A stretch of DNA of 64,000 nucleotides from contig JAHAGQ010000010.1 in NCBI GenBank assembly GCA_018373675.1, forward strand, positions 1,349-65,348, given 5' to 3'. Position numbers and translations under genes: made by a program. Position 1 is the first letter of the stretch; each line of letters starts with the position of its first letter. The stretch comes from Collinsella sp. Lineage in GTDB: Bacteria; Actinomycetota; Coriobacteriia; Coriobacteriales; Coriobacteriaceae. A model generated the notes under the pieces. The model saw only the letters and a list, made by a program, of their open reading frames with translations, did no database searches and was not told the DNA's origin. Positions 36,766 to 45,390 of the stretch are shown piece by piece.

Positions 36766-37473
36766 TTACTCAGCCAGGAAGTCACGCTGGACAGCGGGAT
36801 CGACCTTGACGCCAGGGCCCATGGTGGAAGACACGGAGATGGACTTGACGTACTTGCCCTTAGCAGAAGAGGGCTTGACGCGCAGAATCTCGGTGTACAG
36901 GGCAGCGTAGTTCTCGACGAGCTGCTGCTCAGAGAAGGACTTCTTGCCCAGGGGCACGTGGCAGATGCCGTAGCGGTCGGCGCGGTACTCAACGCGGCCA
37001 GCCTTGAGCTCGGAGACCATCTTGGCGACGTCCATGGTCACGGTGCCGAGCTTGGGGTTCGGCATGAGGCCACGGGGACCAAGGATCTTACCGATGCGGC
37101 CAACCTTGGCCATCATGTTCGGCGTAGCGATAGCGGCGTCGAAGTTGATCTCGCCCTTCTGAATCTGGGCGACGAGCTCGTCGGAACCGATGATGTCGGC
37201 GCCGGCAGCCTCAGCCTCACGGGCCTTCTCGCCCTCGGCGAAGACGGCAACACGAACGGTCTTGCCGGTGCCGTGGGGCAGGGAGATGGAACCACGGATG
37301 TTCTGGTCAGCCTTACGAGTATCGATGCCCAGACGGAAGTGAGCCTCGACGGTCTCGTCGAACTTGGCGGTGTCGAGCTCCTTGATGAGCTTGGCAGCCT
37401 GAAGGGGGGTGTAGAGCGTGGCGCGGTCGATCTTCTCGGCAGCGGCGTTATAGCTCTTACCATGCTTAGCCAT
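36766..37473 (-). CDS. rplA: 50S ribosomal protein L1
   Basis: [17 protein letters not shown]... RBS AGGAGGT with a 7-nt spacer to the ATG at 37473; the track ATG at 37479 has a 1-nt spacer. Confidence 0.9.
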   Translation of the reverse strand: MAKHGKSYNAAAEKIDRATLYTPLQAAKLIKELDTAKFDETVEAHFRLGIDTRKADQNIRGSISLPHGTGKTVRVAVFAEGEKAREAEAAGADIIGSDELVAQIQKGEINFDAAIATPNMMAKVGRIGKILGPRGLMPNPKLGTVTMDVAKMVSELKAGRVEYRADRYGICHVPLGKKSFSEQQLVENYAALYTEILRVKPSSAKGKYVKSISVSSTMGPGVKVDPAVQRDFLAE

Positions 37474-37590
37474 GTGCATTACCTCCTGTGGTTAAACGGG
37501 CGTGAGCCCTCCCACATCGTATCGTGTGCCCTATTGCACACATTTAACGGGCGCCCCGGTCGGAGCACCCGCCGTTACCATAAGAAATCG

Positions 37591-38019
37591 CTACTCAGCG
37601 ATGGTGACGCCCATGGAACGGGCGGTACCGGCGATGATCTTCTTGGCGGCGTCAATGTCGTTGGCATTGAGGTCCGGCATCTTGATCTCGGCGATCTTGG
37701 TGAGCTGCTCCTGGGAGAGCTGACCAACCTTGTCAGCCTGGGGCTTAGCGGAACCAGACTTGAGGTTCAGCTCCTTCTTGATAAGGTGAGCCGCCGGCGG
37801 GGTCTTGGTGATGAAGGAGAAGGACTTGTCCTCGTAGACAGAGATCTCAACGGGGATGATGTCACCCTTCTTGTCCTGCGTCTCGGCGTTAAAGGCCTGG
37901 CAGAACTGCATGATGTTCACGCCAGCAGCGCCCAGGGCGGGGCCGACGGGAGGAGCAGGGTTTGCTGCACCAGCAGGAATCTGGAGCTTAATGACGTTGG
38001 CAACCTTCTTCTCAGCCAT
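37591..38019 (-). CDS. rplK: 50S ribosomal protein L11
   Basis: [30 protein letters not shown]. The second ATG (38019) has a 6-nt spacer from AGGA; the track start at 38025 abuts the RBS. Confidence 0.9.
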   Translation of the reverse strand: MAEKKVANVIKLQIPAGAANPAPPVGPALGAAGVNIMQFCQAFNAETQDKKGDIIPVEISVYEDKSFSFITKTPPAAHLIKKELNLKSGSAKPQADKVGQLSQEQLTKIAEIKMPDLNANDIDAAKKIIAGTARSMGVTIAE

Positions 38020-38139
38020 GGTCATTCCTTTCGAATCACGAGTGTGAAGTACTTGCTATATCGTAAGCACGCACGTGTTAGAAGCACTCCTGAGATGAGC
38101 AGTCACAGAAGAAGCACGCTCGCGCGAACGGACGAAAAC

Positions 38140-38676
38140 TTAAGCGATGACAGCGACCTGGTTAAAGTCGAGCTCGACCGGCGTCTCGCGGCCAAAGATC
38201 ATCAGCGTGACCTTGAGCTTGCCAGCCTCGGTGTTAACCTCGGAGACCTTGCCATCAAAGTCGGTAAGCGGGCCATCGGTGACGCGGACGGACGTACCGA
38301 CCTCAATATCAACCGAGGTGCGCTTGGGCGAATCGCCCTTACCGGGACGACGAGTCATCTTGTTGTACTCGTCGCGGGAAAGCGGAGCGGGCTTGCCGTT
38401 GCCGCCTAGGAAACCGGTGACGCCAGGCGTGTTACGAACACACGTCCAAGCATCATCATCCATCTCCATGCGGACAAGGACATAACCCGGGAAAATCTTG
38501 GAATCCTTGGTCTCACGCTTGCCACCCTCTTTAATCTCGGTGACACGCTCCATAGGAATCTCGATATCAAAGATACGGTCCTGCATGCCCATAGTCTCGA
38601 TTCGATGCTCGAGATCGGACTTAACACGGTTCTCGTATCCAGAGTAAGTGTGAACGACGTACCAACGCTTAGACAT
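38140..38676 (-). CDS. nusG: Transcription termination/antitermination factor NusG
   Basis: [26 protein letters not shown] is the NGN domain; the C-terminal KOW domain reads [21 protein letters not shown]. Confidence 0.9.
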   Translation of the reverse strand: MSKRWYVVHTYSGYENRVKSDLEHRIETMGMQDRIFDIEIPMERVTEIKEGGKRETKDSKIFPGYVLVRMEMDDDAWTCVRNTPGVTGFLGGNGKPAPLSRDEYNKMTRRPGKGDSPKRTSVDIEVGTSVRVTDGPLTDFDGKVSEVNTEAGKLKVTLMIFGRETPVELDFNQVAVIA

Positions 38677-38679
38677 GGT

Positions 38680-39018
38680 TTAGCCCCTCAATCCAGAGAA
38701 CAGAGCAAGAGCCTCGCCAAAGCCAGCATCGAGCAGAGCGATGACGACGCCGACGACGATCAGAGAAGCGCAAACGACGACCGAGTAGTTCACGAGCTCC
38801 TTCTTATCGGGCCACGTGACACGCTTCATCTCGGACTTGACCGAAGCGAAATACTTCTTGGTGCGGGCGAAGAAACCAGGCTTCTCGTTCTTCTTGGACT
38901 TCGCAGCCTTCTCGTTCTTCTTGGCAACGGCCTTCTTGGCCTCAACCTTGGAGTTGGCGGCAGCGTTGTTGGCAGGCGCCTGCTGCTGAGCCTTCTTCTT
39001 GTTCTTCTTGTTGGCCAT
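38680..39018 (-). CDS. secE: Preprotein translocase subunit SecE
   Basis: 112 aa with a basic N-terminus and a C-terminal TM helix (KELVNYSVVVCASLIVVGVVIALLD). Lies immediately upstream of nusG. Confidence 0.85.
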   Translation of the reverse strand: MANKKNKKKAQQQAPANNAAANSKVEAKKAVAKKNEKAAKSKKNEKPGFFARTKKYFASVKSEMKRVTWPDKKELVNYSVVVCASLIVVGVVIALLDAGFGEALALFSGLRG

Positions 39019-39094
39019 TTGGGTTACCTCCGCGCAATGCGCTTATACATGAGTAAACCGTAAGCCCCCAATTGGGAGCTTACGGAATAATGAC

Positions 39095-39170
39095 TGGCAC
39101 GCCAGGAAGGACTCGAACCCTCAACACTCGGTTTTGGAGACCGATGCTCTACCAATTGAACTACTGGCGT
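39095..39170 (-). tRNA. tRNA-Trp (anticodon CCA)
   Basis: Minus strand: acceptor stem ACGCCAG/CTGGCGT, discriminator G, CCA 3-prime end, anticodon loop CTCCAAA. Lies between rpmG and secE, a conserved position. Confidence 0.85.
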
Positions 39171-39183
39171 ATGTGACTAGAGA

Positions 39184-39333
39184 CTAGCGAGTCTCTTTGT
39201 GCAGCGTGTGGTGACGGCACCAGGGGCAATACTTCTTGATCTCCATACGATCAGGCATGGTCGACTTGTTCTTGGTGGTCGTATAGTTGCGGCGCTTGCA
39301 CTCAGTGCACGCAAGAGTAACTAGAGTACGCAT
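39184..39333 (-). CDS. rpmG: 50S ribosomal protein L33
   Basis: 49-aa [52 protein letters not shown] with a CxxC...CxxC zinc ribbon. Too short to appear in the ORF track. Confidence 0.85.
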   Translation of the reverse strand: MRTLVTLACTECKRRNYTTTKNKSTMPDRMEIKKYCPWCRHHTLHKETR

Positions 39334-39549
39334 GTATCCTGAACCTTTCATTTCCGCCCCGTACGGGCACGAGTTGTTACTTTATCAGCTCCACGTAAGT
39401 GCTGTCAATGAAAACCTCGAGTCAATTGGTTCTCGGTGGATCCATTCATATTTGGAACACATCAATGAAGCCATCGAGATCTAATCGACGGTGCATCCAG
39501 GACCATTGTCGATCCTCTCGACACCAGCAACGGCTCAATATCCATTGCA

Positions 39550-39586
39550 GAAAAGAACCCGGCACCCATATAAGTGCCGGGTTCTC
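39550..39586 (-). terminator. Terminator downstream of tuf
   Basis: GAACCCGGCAC-ttatatgg-GTGCCGGGTTC followed by TTTTCTG on the minus strand. Confidence 0.6.
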
Positions 39587-39612
39587 TAAGTCAGCTATAT
39601 CAAAGAGCTAAT

Positions 39613-40803
39613 TTACTCAATGATCGTGGAGACGATGCCCGAACCGACGGTGTGGCCACCCTCGCGGATAGCGAAGCGCAGGCCCTCCTCCATGGCGATC
39701 GGGTGGATGAGGTCGCCCTCGATGGTGATGTGGTCACCAGGCATAGCCATCTCGGTGCCCTCGGGGAGCTTGACCGTACCGGTAACGTCGGTGGTACGGA
39801 AGTAGAACTGAGGACGATAACCATCGAAGAACGGGGTGTGACGGCCGCCCTCCTCCTTGGTCAGAACGTAGATCTCGCCGGTGAACTTGGTGTGCGGGGT
39901 AACCGAACCGGGCTTGCAGAGAACCTGGCCGCGCTCGATGTCCTCACGCTTGATGCCGCGGAGCAGCAGACCGACGTTGTCGCCAGCCTCGCAGAAGTCC
40001 ATGGACTTACGGAACATCTCGATACCGGTAACGACGGTGTTCTGGGTATCCTTGATGCCGACGATCTCGACGGGCTCGTTGAGCTTGAGCTCACCGCGCT
40101 CGACACGGCCAGTAGCAACGGTACCACGGCCGGAGATGGTCATAACGTCCTCAACGGCCATCAGGAACGGGAGGTCGTTGTTACGAGCAGGCGTCGGGAT
40201 GTACTCGTCGACGGCCTTCATGAGCTCGCGAATGGCGTCCATCCACTTGGCGTCGCCCTCGAGAGCGCCCAGAGCGGAGCCACGGATGACGGGGATGTCG
40301 TCGCCGGGGAAATCGTACTCGGAGAGGAGCTCACGGGTCTCCATCTCGACGAGGTCGATGAGCTCGTCATCGTCGACCATGTCGCACTTGTTCAGGAAGA
40401 CGACGATGTAGGGAACGCCGACCTGACGGGCGAGCAGGATGTGCTCGCGGGTCTGAGCCATGGGGCCGTCGGTAGCAGCGATGACCAGGATAGCGCCGTC
40501 CATCTGAGCAGCGCCGGAGATCATGTTCTTGACGTAGTCAGCGTGGCCCGGGCAGTCAACGTGAGCGTAGTGACGGGCAGCGGTCTCGTACTCAACGTGG
40601 GAGACGGAAATCGTAATGCCGCGCTCGCGCTCCTCGGGAGCCTTGTCGATGTTCTCGAACGCAGTGAAGTCAGCCTTGCAGCCCTCGGTCTCGGAGAGAA
40701 CCTTGGTGATGGCAGCGGTCAGCGTGGTCTTGCCGTGGTCGACGTGACCAATGGTGCCGATGTTAACATGCGGCTTAGTGCGCTCAAACTTCTCTTTGGC
40801 CAT
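39613..40803 (-). CDS. tuf: Elongation factor Tu
   Basis: [33 protein letters not shown]..., 396 aa. Confidence 0.97.
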   Translation of the reverse strand: MAKEKFERTKPHVNIGTIGHVDHGKTTLTAAITKVLSETEGCKADFTAFENIDKAPEERERGITISVSHVEYETAARHYAHVDCPGHADYVKNMISGAAQMDGAILVIAATDGPMAQTREHILLARQVGVPYIVVFLNKCDMVDDDELIDLVEMETRELLSEYDFPGDDIPVIRGSALGALEGDAKWMDAIRELMKAVDEYIPTPARNNDLPFLMAVEDVMTISGRGTVATGRVERGELKLNEPVEIVGIKDTQNTVVTGIEMFRKSMDFCEAGDNVGLLLRGIKREDIERGQVLCKPGSVTPHTKFTGEIYVLTKEEGGRHTPFFDGYRPQFYFRTTDVTGTVKLPEGTEMAMPGDHITIEGDLIHPIAMEEGLRFAIREGGHTVGSGIVSTIIE

Positions 40804-40899
40804 AAAGCCCTCCTCTTAACAGGTCGTCCCCGGACGGGACTTTGCCTTTATACCATAGTGGCCTCTCAACATACTATTGAGAAGCCACCGTGTTACCTA

Positions 40900-40976
40900 T
40901 GGTAGCGGTGACTGGATTCGAACCAGTGACGCCACGGGTATGAACCGTGTGCTCTAACCAACTGAGCTACACCGCC
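40900..40976 (-). tRNA. tRNA-Met (anticodon CAT)
   Basis: Minus strand: GGCGGTGTAGCTCAGTTGGTTAGAGCACACGGTTCATACCCGTGGCGTCACTGGTTCGAATCCAGTCACCGCTACCA. Confidence 0.8.
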
Positions 40977-40979
40977 GGA

Positions 40980-41055
40980 TGGAGCCTGCAACCAGACTTG
41001 AACTGGTGACCTCTTCGTTACCAACGAAGTGCTCTACCGACTGAGCTATACAGGC
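40980..41055 (-). tRNA. tRNA-Thr (anticodon GGT)
   Basis: Minus strand: acceptor GCCTGTA/TGCAGGC, anticodon loop TTGGTAA, T-arm GGTTCAAGTCC, CCA end. Confidence 0.8.
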
Positions 41056-41065
41056 ACTTGACGGG

Positions 41066-41147
41066 TGGGAGCTATAGGATTCGAACCTATGTAGGCAGAG
41101 CCAACGGGTTTACAGCCCGTCCCCATTAACCACTCGGGCAAACTCCC
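41066..41147 (-). tRNA. tRNA-Tyr (anticodon GTA), class II with a long variable arm
   Basis: Minus strand: GGGAGTT...CCCGAGTGGTTAATGGGGA...CTGTAAA anticodon loop, long variable arm, TTCGAATCC T-loop, CCA end. Confidence 0.8.
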
Positions 41148-41470
41148 AATCGTTCAAGTATCCGCAGGTTCTTTGGTCTTTTGGACCGTCGCCCCCGCGA
41201 ACGAAGAAGATAATACGATGCCACCTTGGGGGCTGTCAACGAAAACCTCTAGATACACGGTGCCGGGCGTATCTATATAGCCGTGACCTGCGGTTTTATT
41301 GAGTTTGGATATGAAGGACAGTGGTTTTGGATACTGAGGTGACGTTTCCCAAGGTAACACTTTGCTGTAGTGGAGTACACCTTCAGTATCGAACTTCGAT
41401 ACCAGCTTATTTGCACCTATATATAGGTCGAGATCGGGGCTGCCCAGACAGAAGATTGCTCTTCCCAGGC

Positions 41471-41622
41471 AAAATCGAGCGTGGATTTTCTTCCGTTTGA
41501 AATCGAGCGTGGATAATCTCCCACTTTGCCGTGCCATCGAATCCAAAGTGGCAGATTATCCACGCTCATTCACTAGGCGGAAGATTTTCCACGCTCGTGT
41601 GTCCGATAATCCACGCTCGATG
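41471..41622. repeat. Cluster of five 14-bp ATCCACGCTCGAT-type repeats (DnaA-box-like cores) in both orientations
   Basis: Copies at 41471-41489 and 41499-41518 (forward, ATCGAGCGTGGAT), and at 41554-41570, 41583-41599 and 41605-41622 (reverse). Cores TTATCCACG/TTTTCCACG/ATAATCCACG resemble the DnaA box TTATCCACA. Confidence 0.55.
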
Positions 41623-41650
41623 ACGATGACCAACCTCGCCCCGGCCTATG

Positions 41651-41866
41651 TCTCGACCTGTAACAGTAAGAGGGTTATTCCTCCCCTATCTGTTACAGAT
41701 CGAGATGTTTCGCAGAAACCCCCGCTTACGTCTCATTCTGTAACAGTAAGAACGGTTTTCAGCCTCTTCGTGTTACGGATCGAGATGTTATCGGCCTTCC
41801 CTTGGCAATGTTTCGATCTGTAACTATAAGGAGGGTCTTCAGCCCACTCGTGTTACGGATCGAGAC
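41651..41866. repeat. Three tandem 80-bp direct repeats, each containing a 10-bp inverted repeat
   Basis: Units start at 41651, 41731 and 41811. Consensus tctgtaacagtaagaRSggtYttYYagccYctYcgtgttacggatcgagatgtt. TCTGTAACAG pairs with CTGTTACAGA within each unit. Confidence 0.6.
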
Positions 41867-41960
41867 AAACCTGAAGCTTGGTTGGCGCCAAACACGCTGA
41901 CTTATCGACATAAATAGAAACGGGCCCTGTCCCACAAGGAAACAGAGCCCGAAACTCTCA

Positions 41961-42035
41961 TGGAGCCAGTGACAGGAATCGAACCTGCAACCCACTGATT
42001 ACAAATCAGTTGCGCTACCGTTGCGCCACACTGGC
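41961..42035 (-). tRNA. tRNA-Thr (anticodon TGT)
   Basis: Minus strand: GCCAGTGTGGCGCAACGGTAGCGCAACTGATTTGTAATCAGTGGGTTGCAGGTTCGATTCCTGTCACTGGCTCCA. Confidence 0.8.
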
Positions 42036-42188
42036 ACACTTGGCGCTTTCACGCGAAGCGAGTTAAGAATAAAGGAATTGCGGACGGGGCGCAACAGGCC
42101 GCACGGCGTTATACAAATATGCAAAATCCAGCAACAACGCGTACCAGGCCCGTTCATTTCTGTCAGTGCGCCCTCAATCTTAAAACCA

Positions 42189-42249
42189 TTCGCCAGAACG
42201 AATAGTTTTAATTACAATTGCTATATATAAAACTATTCGTTCTGGCGAA
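42189..42249. promoter_or_regulatory. 22-bp perfect inverted repeat (candidate operator) overlapping the promoter/RBS of the HTH-HipA-like gene
   Basis: TTCGCCAGAACGAATAGTTTTA (42189-42210) is the exact reverse complement of 42228-42249. The 17-bp AT-rich spacer contains TATATA. The arms extend imperfectly to about 29 bp. Confidence 0.55.
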
Positions 42250-42259
42250 GGGTTTCGCG

Positions 42260-43600
42260 ATGCTTACTACCAAAGAAGCCGCCGAGCTGCTCGGCATCAC
42301 TCCGCGCAGGGTGCAGGAGCTCATAAAAAACGGAGCACTTGAGGCCCGCAAGGCTTCTGGTGTATGGCTCATCGACAAAGACAGCGTCGACACGCGACTC
42401 CGCTCTGTGACCAAAACGGGGGGACGTCCCCGCCGCGGCCACGGTAAGAGCGAGATCGCGTTCACCCTCATGAACCGCACGTACGAAGTCGCTCAGCTGG
42501 TCTACAGTACATCGCGAAAAGACTTTACCCACATCGGTGCCGACATCGATTACGCCCACGCCCCTATTGGAGTATTTGGCCCTAATAGCCCCATATCGCT
42601 AGACTCCTTCCGCATCTGGTGGCGCGGCCGCGGTATCCCGCTCGCACGCATTGGGCTAGCCTCCCTGCTTGCAGAAGCCGCTGTCGATGTTCCCGATGAA
42701 CTCGTCCAGCGAAATCTCGGCCTCTCCTTATCCGACCAGTATTGGATTAGGCCCCAAGGTTCCGGTCTCACCTGGGAGGATATCAACTTCTTCAATAACG
42801 CCTTTGATGACGTCTCGCTGTCCATTGCACCCTTTGCCCCAGAGGGAAAAGCGGCTGCCGCAAAGCCCGATAACACCTCGGACGGCAATCTTCAAAAGTA
42901 CTGGACGTGCGAGGGCGAACGTCGAATTCTGCATAAGGCAGGAGCGCACCTGGACCAGGAACCTTATAACGAGCTGGTGGCGACCGCGCTCCACCGTCGC
43001 ATCCTAAACGCCTGCGATTATGTGCCTTACTCGCTCGAGGGCACGGGCACTTCCGCCCTGAGCACATGCGATGTCTTCTTAACTGATGAAGAAGAGTATG
43101 TCCCTGCGTTCTATGTAAACCAGCACGCAAACGCAGATGAACGGCTAACCGACTACGAGCGATATGTAGCAAACTGCGAGGAGCTCGGGGTGACAGGCGT
43201 CAAGGATGCCCTTGACCGCATGATCGTATGTGACGACATCATTGCCAACTACGATCGTCATTGGCGCAACTTCGGCCTCGTGCGAAACGTAAACACGCAA
43301 GCTTGCAGACCTGCCCCCATCTTCGATTCGGGCTCATCGCTCTGGTGCAACATATCACTAGAGGAGCTTAGGGCGGGAGAGCACAGTTTTACCAGCGCAC
43401 AATTTCATTCAAGCCCCGCCAAACAAATGTTGCTCGTCGAGGACATGGGCTGGTTTGACTGCGACAAACTCGAAGGCTTCGTTGACGAGGCAATCGAGAT
43501 TCTTTCCAGAAACGACGCGCTCACGGCAAGGCTGCCATATCTAAAAGAGGCGCTAACGTGGCGCCTCGAAAGAATGATCGACATCGCTGAATGGAGTTAG
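42260..43600 (+). CDS. Solitary HTH-fused HipA-family Ser/Thr kinase (YjjJ/HipH-like)
   Basis: 446 aa from ATG 42260. N-terminal excisionase/MerR-like HTH (MLTTKEAAELLGITPRRVQELIKNGALEARK). The C-terminal region carries a HipA-like catalytic-loop pattern DRHWRNFGL (compare DAHAKNYSL in the canonical HipA at 50624). The size matches E. coli YjjJ. Confidence 0.6.
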   Translation: MLTTKEAAELLGITPRRVQELIKNGALEARKASGVWLIDKDSVDTRLRSVTKTGGRPRRGHGKSEIAFTLMNRTYEVAQLVYSTSRKDFTHIGADIDYAHAPIGVFGPNSPISLDSFRIWWRGRGIPLARIGLASLLAEAAVDVPDELVQRNLGLSLSDQYWIRPQGSGLTWEDINFFNNAFDDVSLSIAPFAPEGKAAAAKPDNTSDGNLQKYWTCEGERRILHKAGAHLDQEPYNELVATALHRRILNACDYVPYSLEGTGTSALSTCDVFLTDEEEYVPAFYVNQHANADERLTDYERYVANCEELGVTGVKDALDRMIVCDDIIANYDRHWRNFGLVRNVNTQACRPAPIFDSGSSLWCNISLEELRAGEHSFTSAQFHSSPAKQMLLVEDMGWFDCDKLEGFVDEAIEILSRNDALTARLPYLKEALTWRLERMIDIAEWS

Positions 43601-43627
43601 CGAGGCAGCATTGCCCCGCCAACTTCC

Positions 43628-44305
43628 CTACCTCCCGCGCAGGGCCTTGAGCTTGGCCAGGGCATCGGGGCTCAGGCGACTGCCCAGAGTCATCTTGATT
43701 TGTGGAGCTTCCTCGGCCTCGTGCACGTCGTTGTCGATCTGTTTGATCTCGTCCACCAGCATACGGCTCGAGATGCGCGTAACGCCCTTGCCCATGACGA
43801 CGGCCTGGATCGTGCCGTCGCTCGACACTACAGAACACGCGCGGCCTTCCTCGCGCGCCTCGATGCAGAGCTTCTGCACCACGGTATCGGCCGAAACACC
43901 CGTCGGCGAAAACTCAATGCGCACACCGCGGGCCGGTAGGTTGGGGCGCTCGCTGGAGATATTGCCCGCGCCGTCAAATACGATCACGGCCTCGTAGCGG
44001 CCCTGGGCAAACGCAGCTACGTCATTAATGAGCGCCGTTCGCGCCATATCGTGAACGTCGCTGGAATACGGATCGTCGGAATGGTCGTACACGAGCTTTT
44101 CGTAGCGCGGCGTGCAGTGGATCACGTTGTAACCGTCGACCACCAGCAGCTCGGGCTTGTTGGAGTGCACCGTCGAGACTGGGTCGGCGATAGCCTGCGC
44201 AAACGCATTGCCGCCCACGCCATAGGTCGCGGCCGAAACAATCGGCTTGGCCGAGCCCTCGCCAAAGCGCTTGGCCTTGGACTTGGCACGGTTCTTTTTG
44301 GACAT
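43628..44305 (-). CDS. NYN-domain YacP/Rae1-like ribonuclease
   Basis: LLVVDGYNVIH...VIVFDGAG is the NYN/PIN-like signature of YacP. Its position after rlmB-cysS matches the Bacillus yacO-yacP synteny. Confidence 0.75.
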   Translation of the reverse strand: MSKKNRAKSKAKRFGEGSAKPIVSAATYGVGGNAFAQAIADPVSTVHSNKPELLVVDGYNVIHCTPRYEKLVYDHSDDPYSSDVHDMARTALINDVAAFAQGRYEAVIVFDGAGNISSERPNLPARGVRIEFSPTGVSADTVVQKLCIEAREEGRACSVVSSDGTIQAVVMGKGVTRISSRMLVDEIKQIDNDVHEAEEAPQIKMTLGSRLSPDALAKLKALRGR

Positions 44306-44308
44306 GCG

Positions 44309-45223
44309 CTACTCCTCCCCCATCAGCTCGCCGGTGTTGCGGCGCAGCCACTCAAAGCACAGCGCCGTGGTCGCCTGGGCAACATTGAGGCTCTCGGTCA
44401 TACCGCGCTGGGGAAGCTTGGTCAAAAAGTCGCATTTCTCGAGCACCAGACGCGAGATGCCGTCGCCCTCGGAGCCCATGACGAGCGCCACGCGGCCCTC
44501 GAAAGGAGCATCCCAGCAACTGCCTTCGGCGTGCTCGGAAGCACCGCCCACCCAAAAACCAGCGGCCTTAAAATCGTCGAGCGCACGGGCGATATTGGGA
44601 ACCTGCGCGATAGGCAGATGCATGACGGCACCGGCTGAGGTCTTATAGCTGCCCACGGTCACGCCGGCGGCACGCTTATTGGCAATGACGACGCCCGCCG
44701 CGCCCACAACCTCGGCGGAGCGCACGATGGCGCCAAAGTTGCCGTCGTCAGTCACGTGGTCGAGCACCACGACAAGTGCCGGGCCCTCGCCTGCGCGGTC
44801 GAGAATATCGGCGACATCGGCATAGGGGAAGTTGCCAACCTCGAGCGCGATGCCCTGGTGAGCGCCGTGGCTCGACAGTGCGTCGAGCTGCGCGCGCGGC
44901 ACATACTTAATGCGGACACCCACGGCGTTGAGGTCGTCGACCAGGCGCGACAAGGCGGCATCGCGCTCCCCGCCCTCGGCAATGAGCGCGCACTTGATGG
45001 GAAAACCAGTGCGCAGCGCCTCGGCGGCTGCACGACGACCTTCGATAAACTCGCCCTTGGGAGCCTGGACAGCGTCGCGGTTGCGATCGCGCTGCGGACG
45101 TGCGGCCTGGGTGCGATCGCGCTGGCCCTTGGGAGCGGCAGCGCGGTCATTGCGGCGAATCGGACGCGAGCCAGAAGCAGCCTGCTTGCCGCCACGCGAT
45201 GCACGCTTGCGATTGTCGGCCAT
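44309..45223 (-). CDS. rlmB: TrmH-family 23S rRNA (guanosine-2-prime-O)-methyltransferase RlmB
   Basis: SpoU/TrmH motifs (VVVLDHVTDDGNFGAIVRSAEVVG, LVMGSEGDGIS, ESLNV) and a basic N-terminal extension. Start at ATG 45223 with RBS GGAGG and a 7-nt spacer. Confidence 0.8.
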   Translation of the reverse strand: MADNRKRASRGGKQAASGSRPIRRNDRAAAPKGQRDRTQAARPQRDRNRDAVQAPKGEFIEGRRAAAEALRTGFPIKCALIAEGGERDAALSRLVDDLNAVGVRIKYVPRAQLDALSSHGAHQGIALEVGNFPYADVADILDRAGEGPALVVVLDHVTDDGNFGAIVRSAEVVGAAGVVIANKRAAGVTVGSYKTSAGAVMHLPIAQVPNIARALDDFKAAGFWVGGASEHAEGSCWDAPFEGRVALVMGSEGDGISRLVLEKCDFLTKLPQRGMTESLNVAQATTALCFEWLRRNTGELMGEE

Positions 45224-45390
45224 AAAGCGACCTCCTAAATACAACTATCAAACGAAACAAATAGACCGACCGCCCGAGGTGCGGCAGATTGCCTTGAAAG
45301 AGGAGGGCATAGACCTTGAGGTCATGCCCGACGATTGAAAGGCAAGGTGCCGTGGCTCGGGCGGTCGGGTGCTTGGGAAACCCGCGGGGA

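Noticed and set aside
39340-39560. Possible small ORF or ncRNA in the AT-richer rpmG upstream region
   Set aside because: The only ORF (39287-39484, plus strand) overlaps rpmG antisense and has no RBS. The region is consistent with an rpmG-trpT-secE promoter and the tuf terminator. No structured motif was recognised.
41154-41546. 130-aa minus-strand ORF in the tRNA-flanked islet
   Set aside because: Its N-terminal third is encoded by the ATCGAGCGTGGAT repeat cluster. There is no RBS, and only a single internal Met. This is probably a non-coding or decayed remnant.
41471-41622. Calling this the chromosomal origin oriC
   Set aside because: The DnaA-box-like cores are suggestive. However, dnaA and dnaN are not in the window, the conserved 14-mer extends beyond a normal DnaA box, and there is no demonstrable AT-rich DUE next to the boxes. 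I keep it as a hypothesis in the findings, not a feature call.
41651-41866. CRISPR array hypothesis for the 80-bp tandem repeats
   Set aside because: Only three units. The putative spacers are themselves partly conserved (GTCTCGA/GTCTCAT/GTTTCGA ends). The repeat cores are imperfect, the units are 80 bp (too long), and there are no cas genes in the window. I interpret them as a tandem direct repeat or iteron-like array instead.
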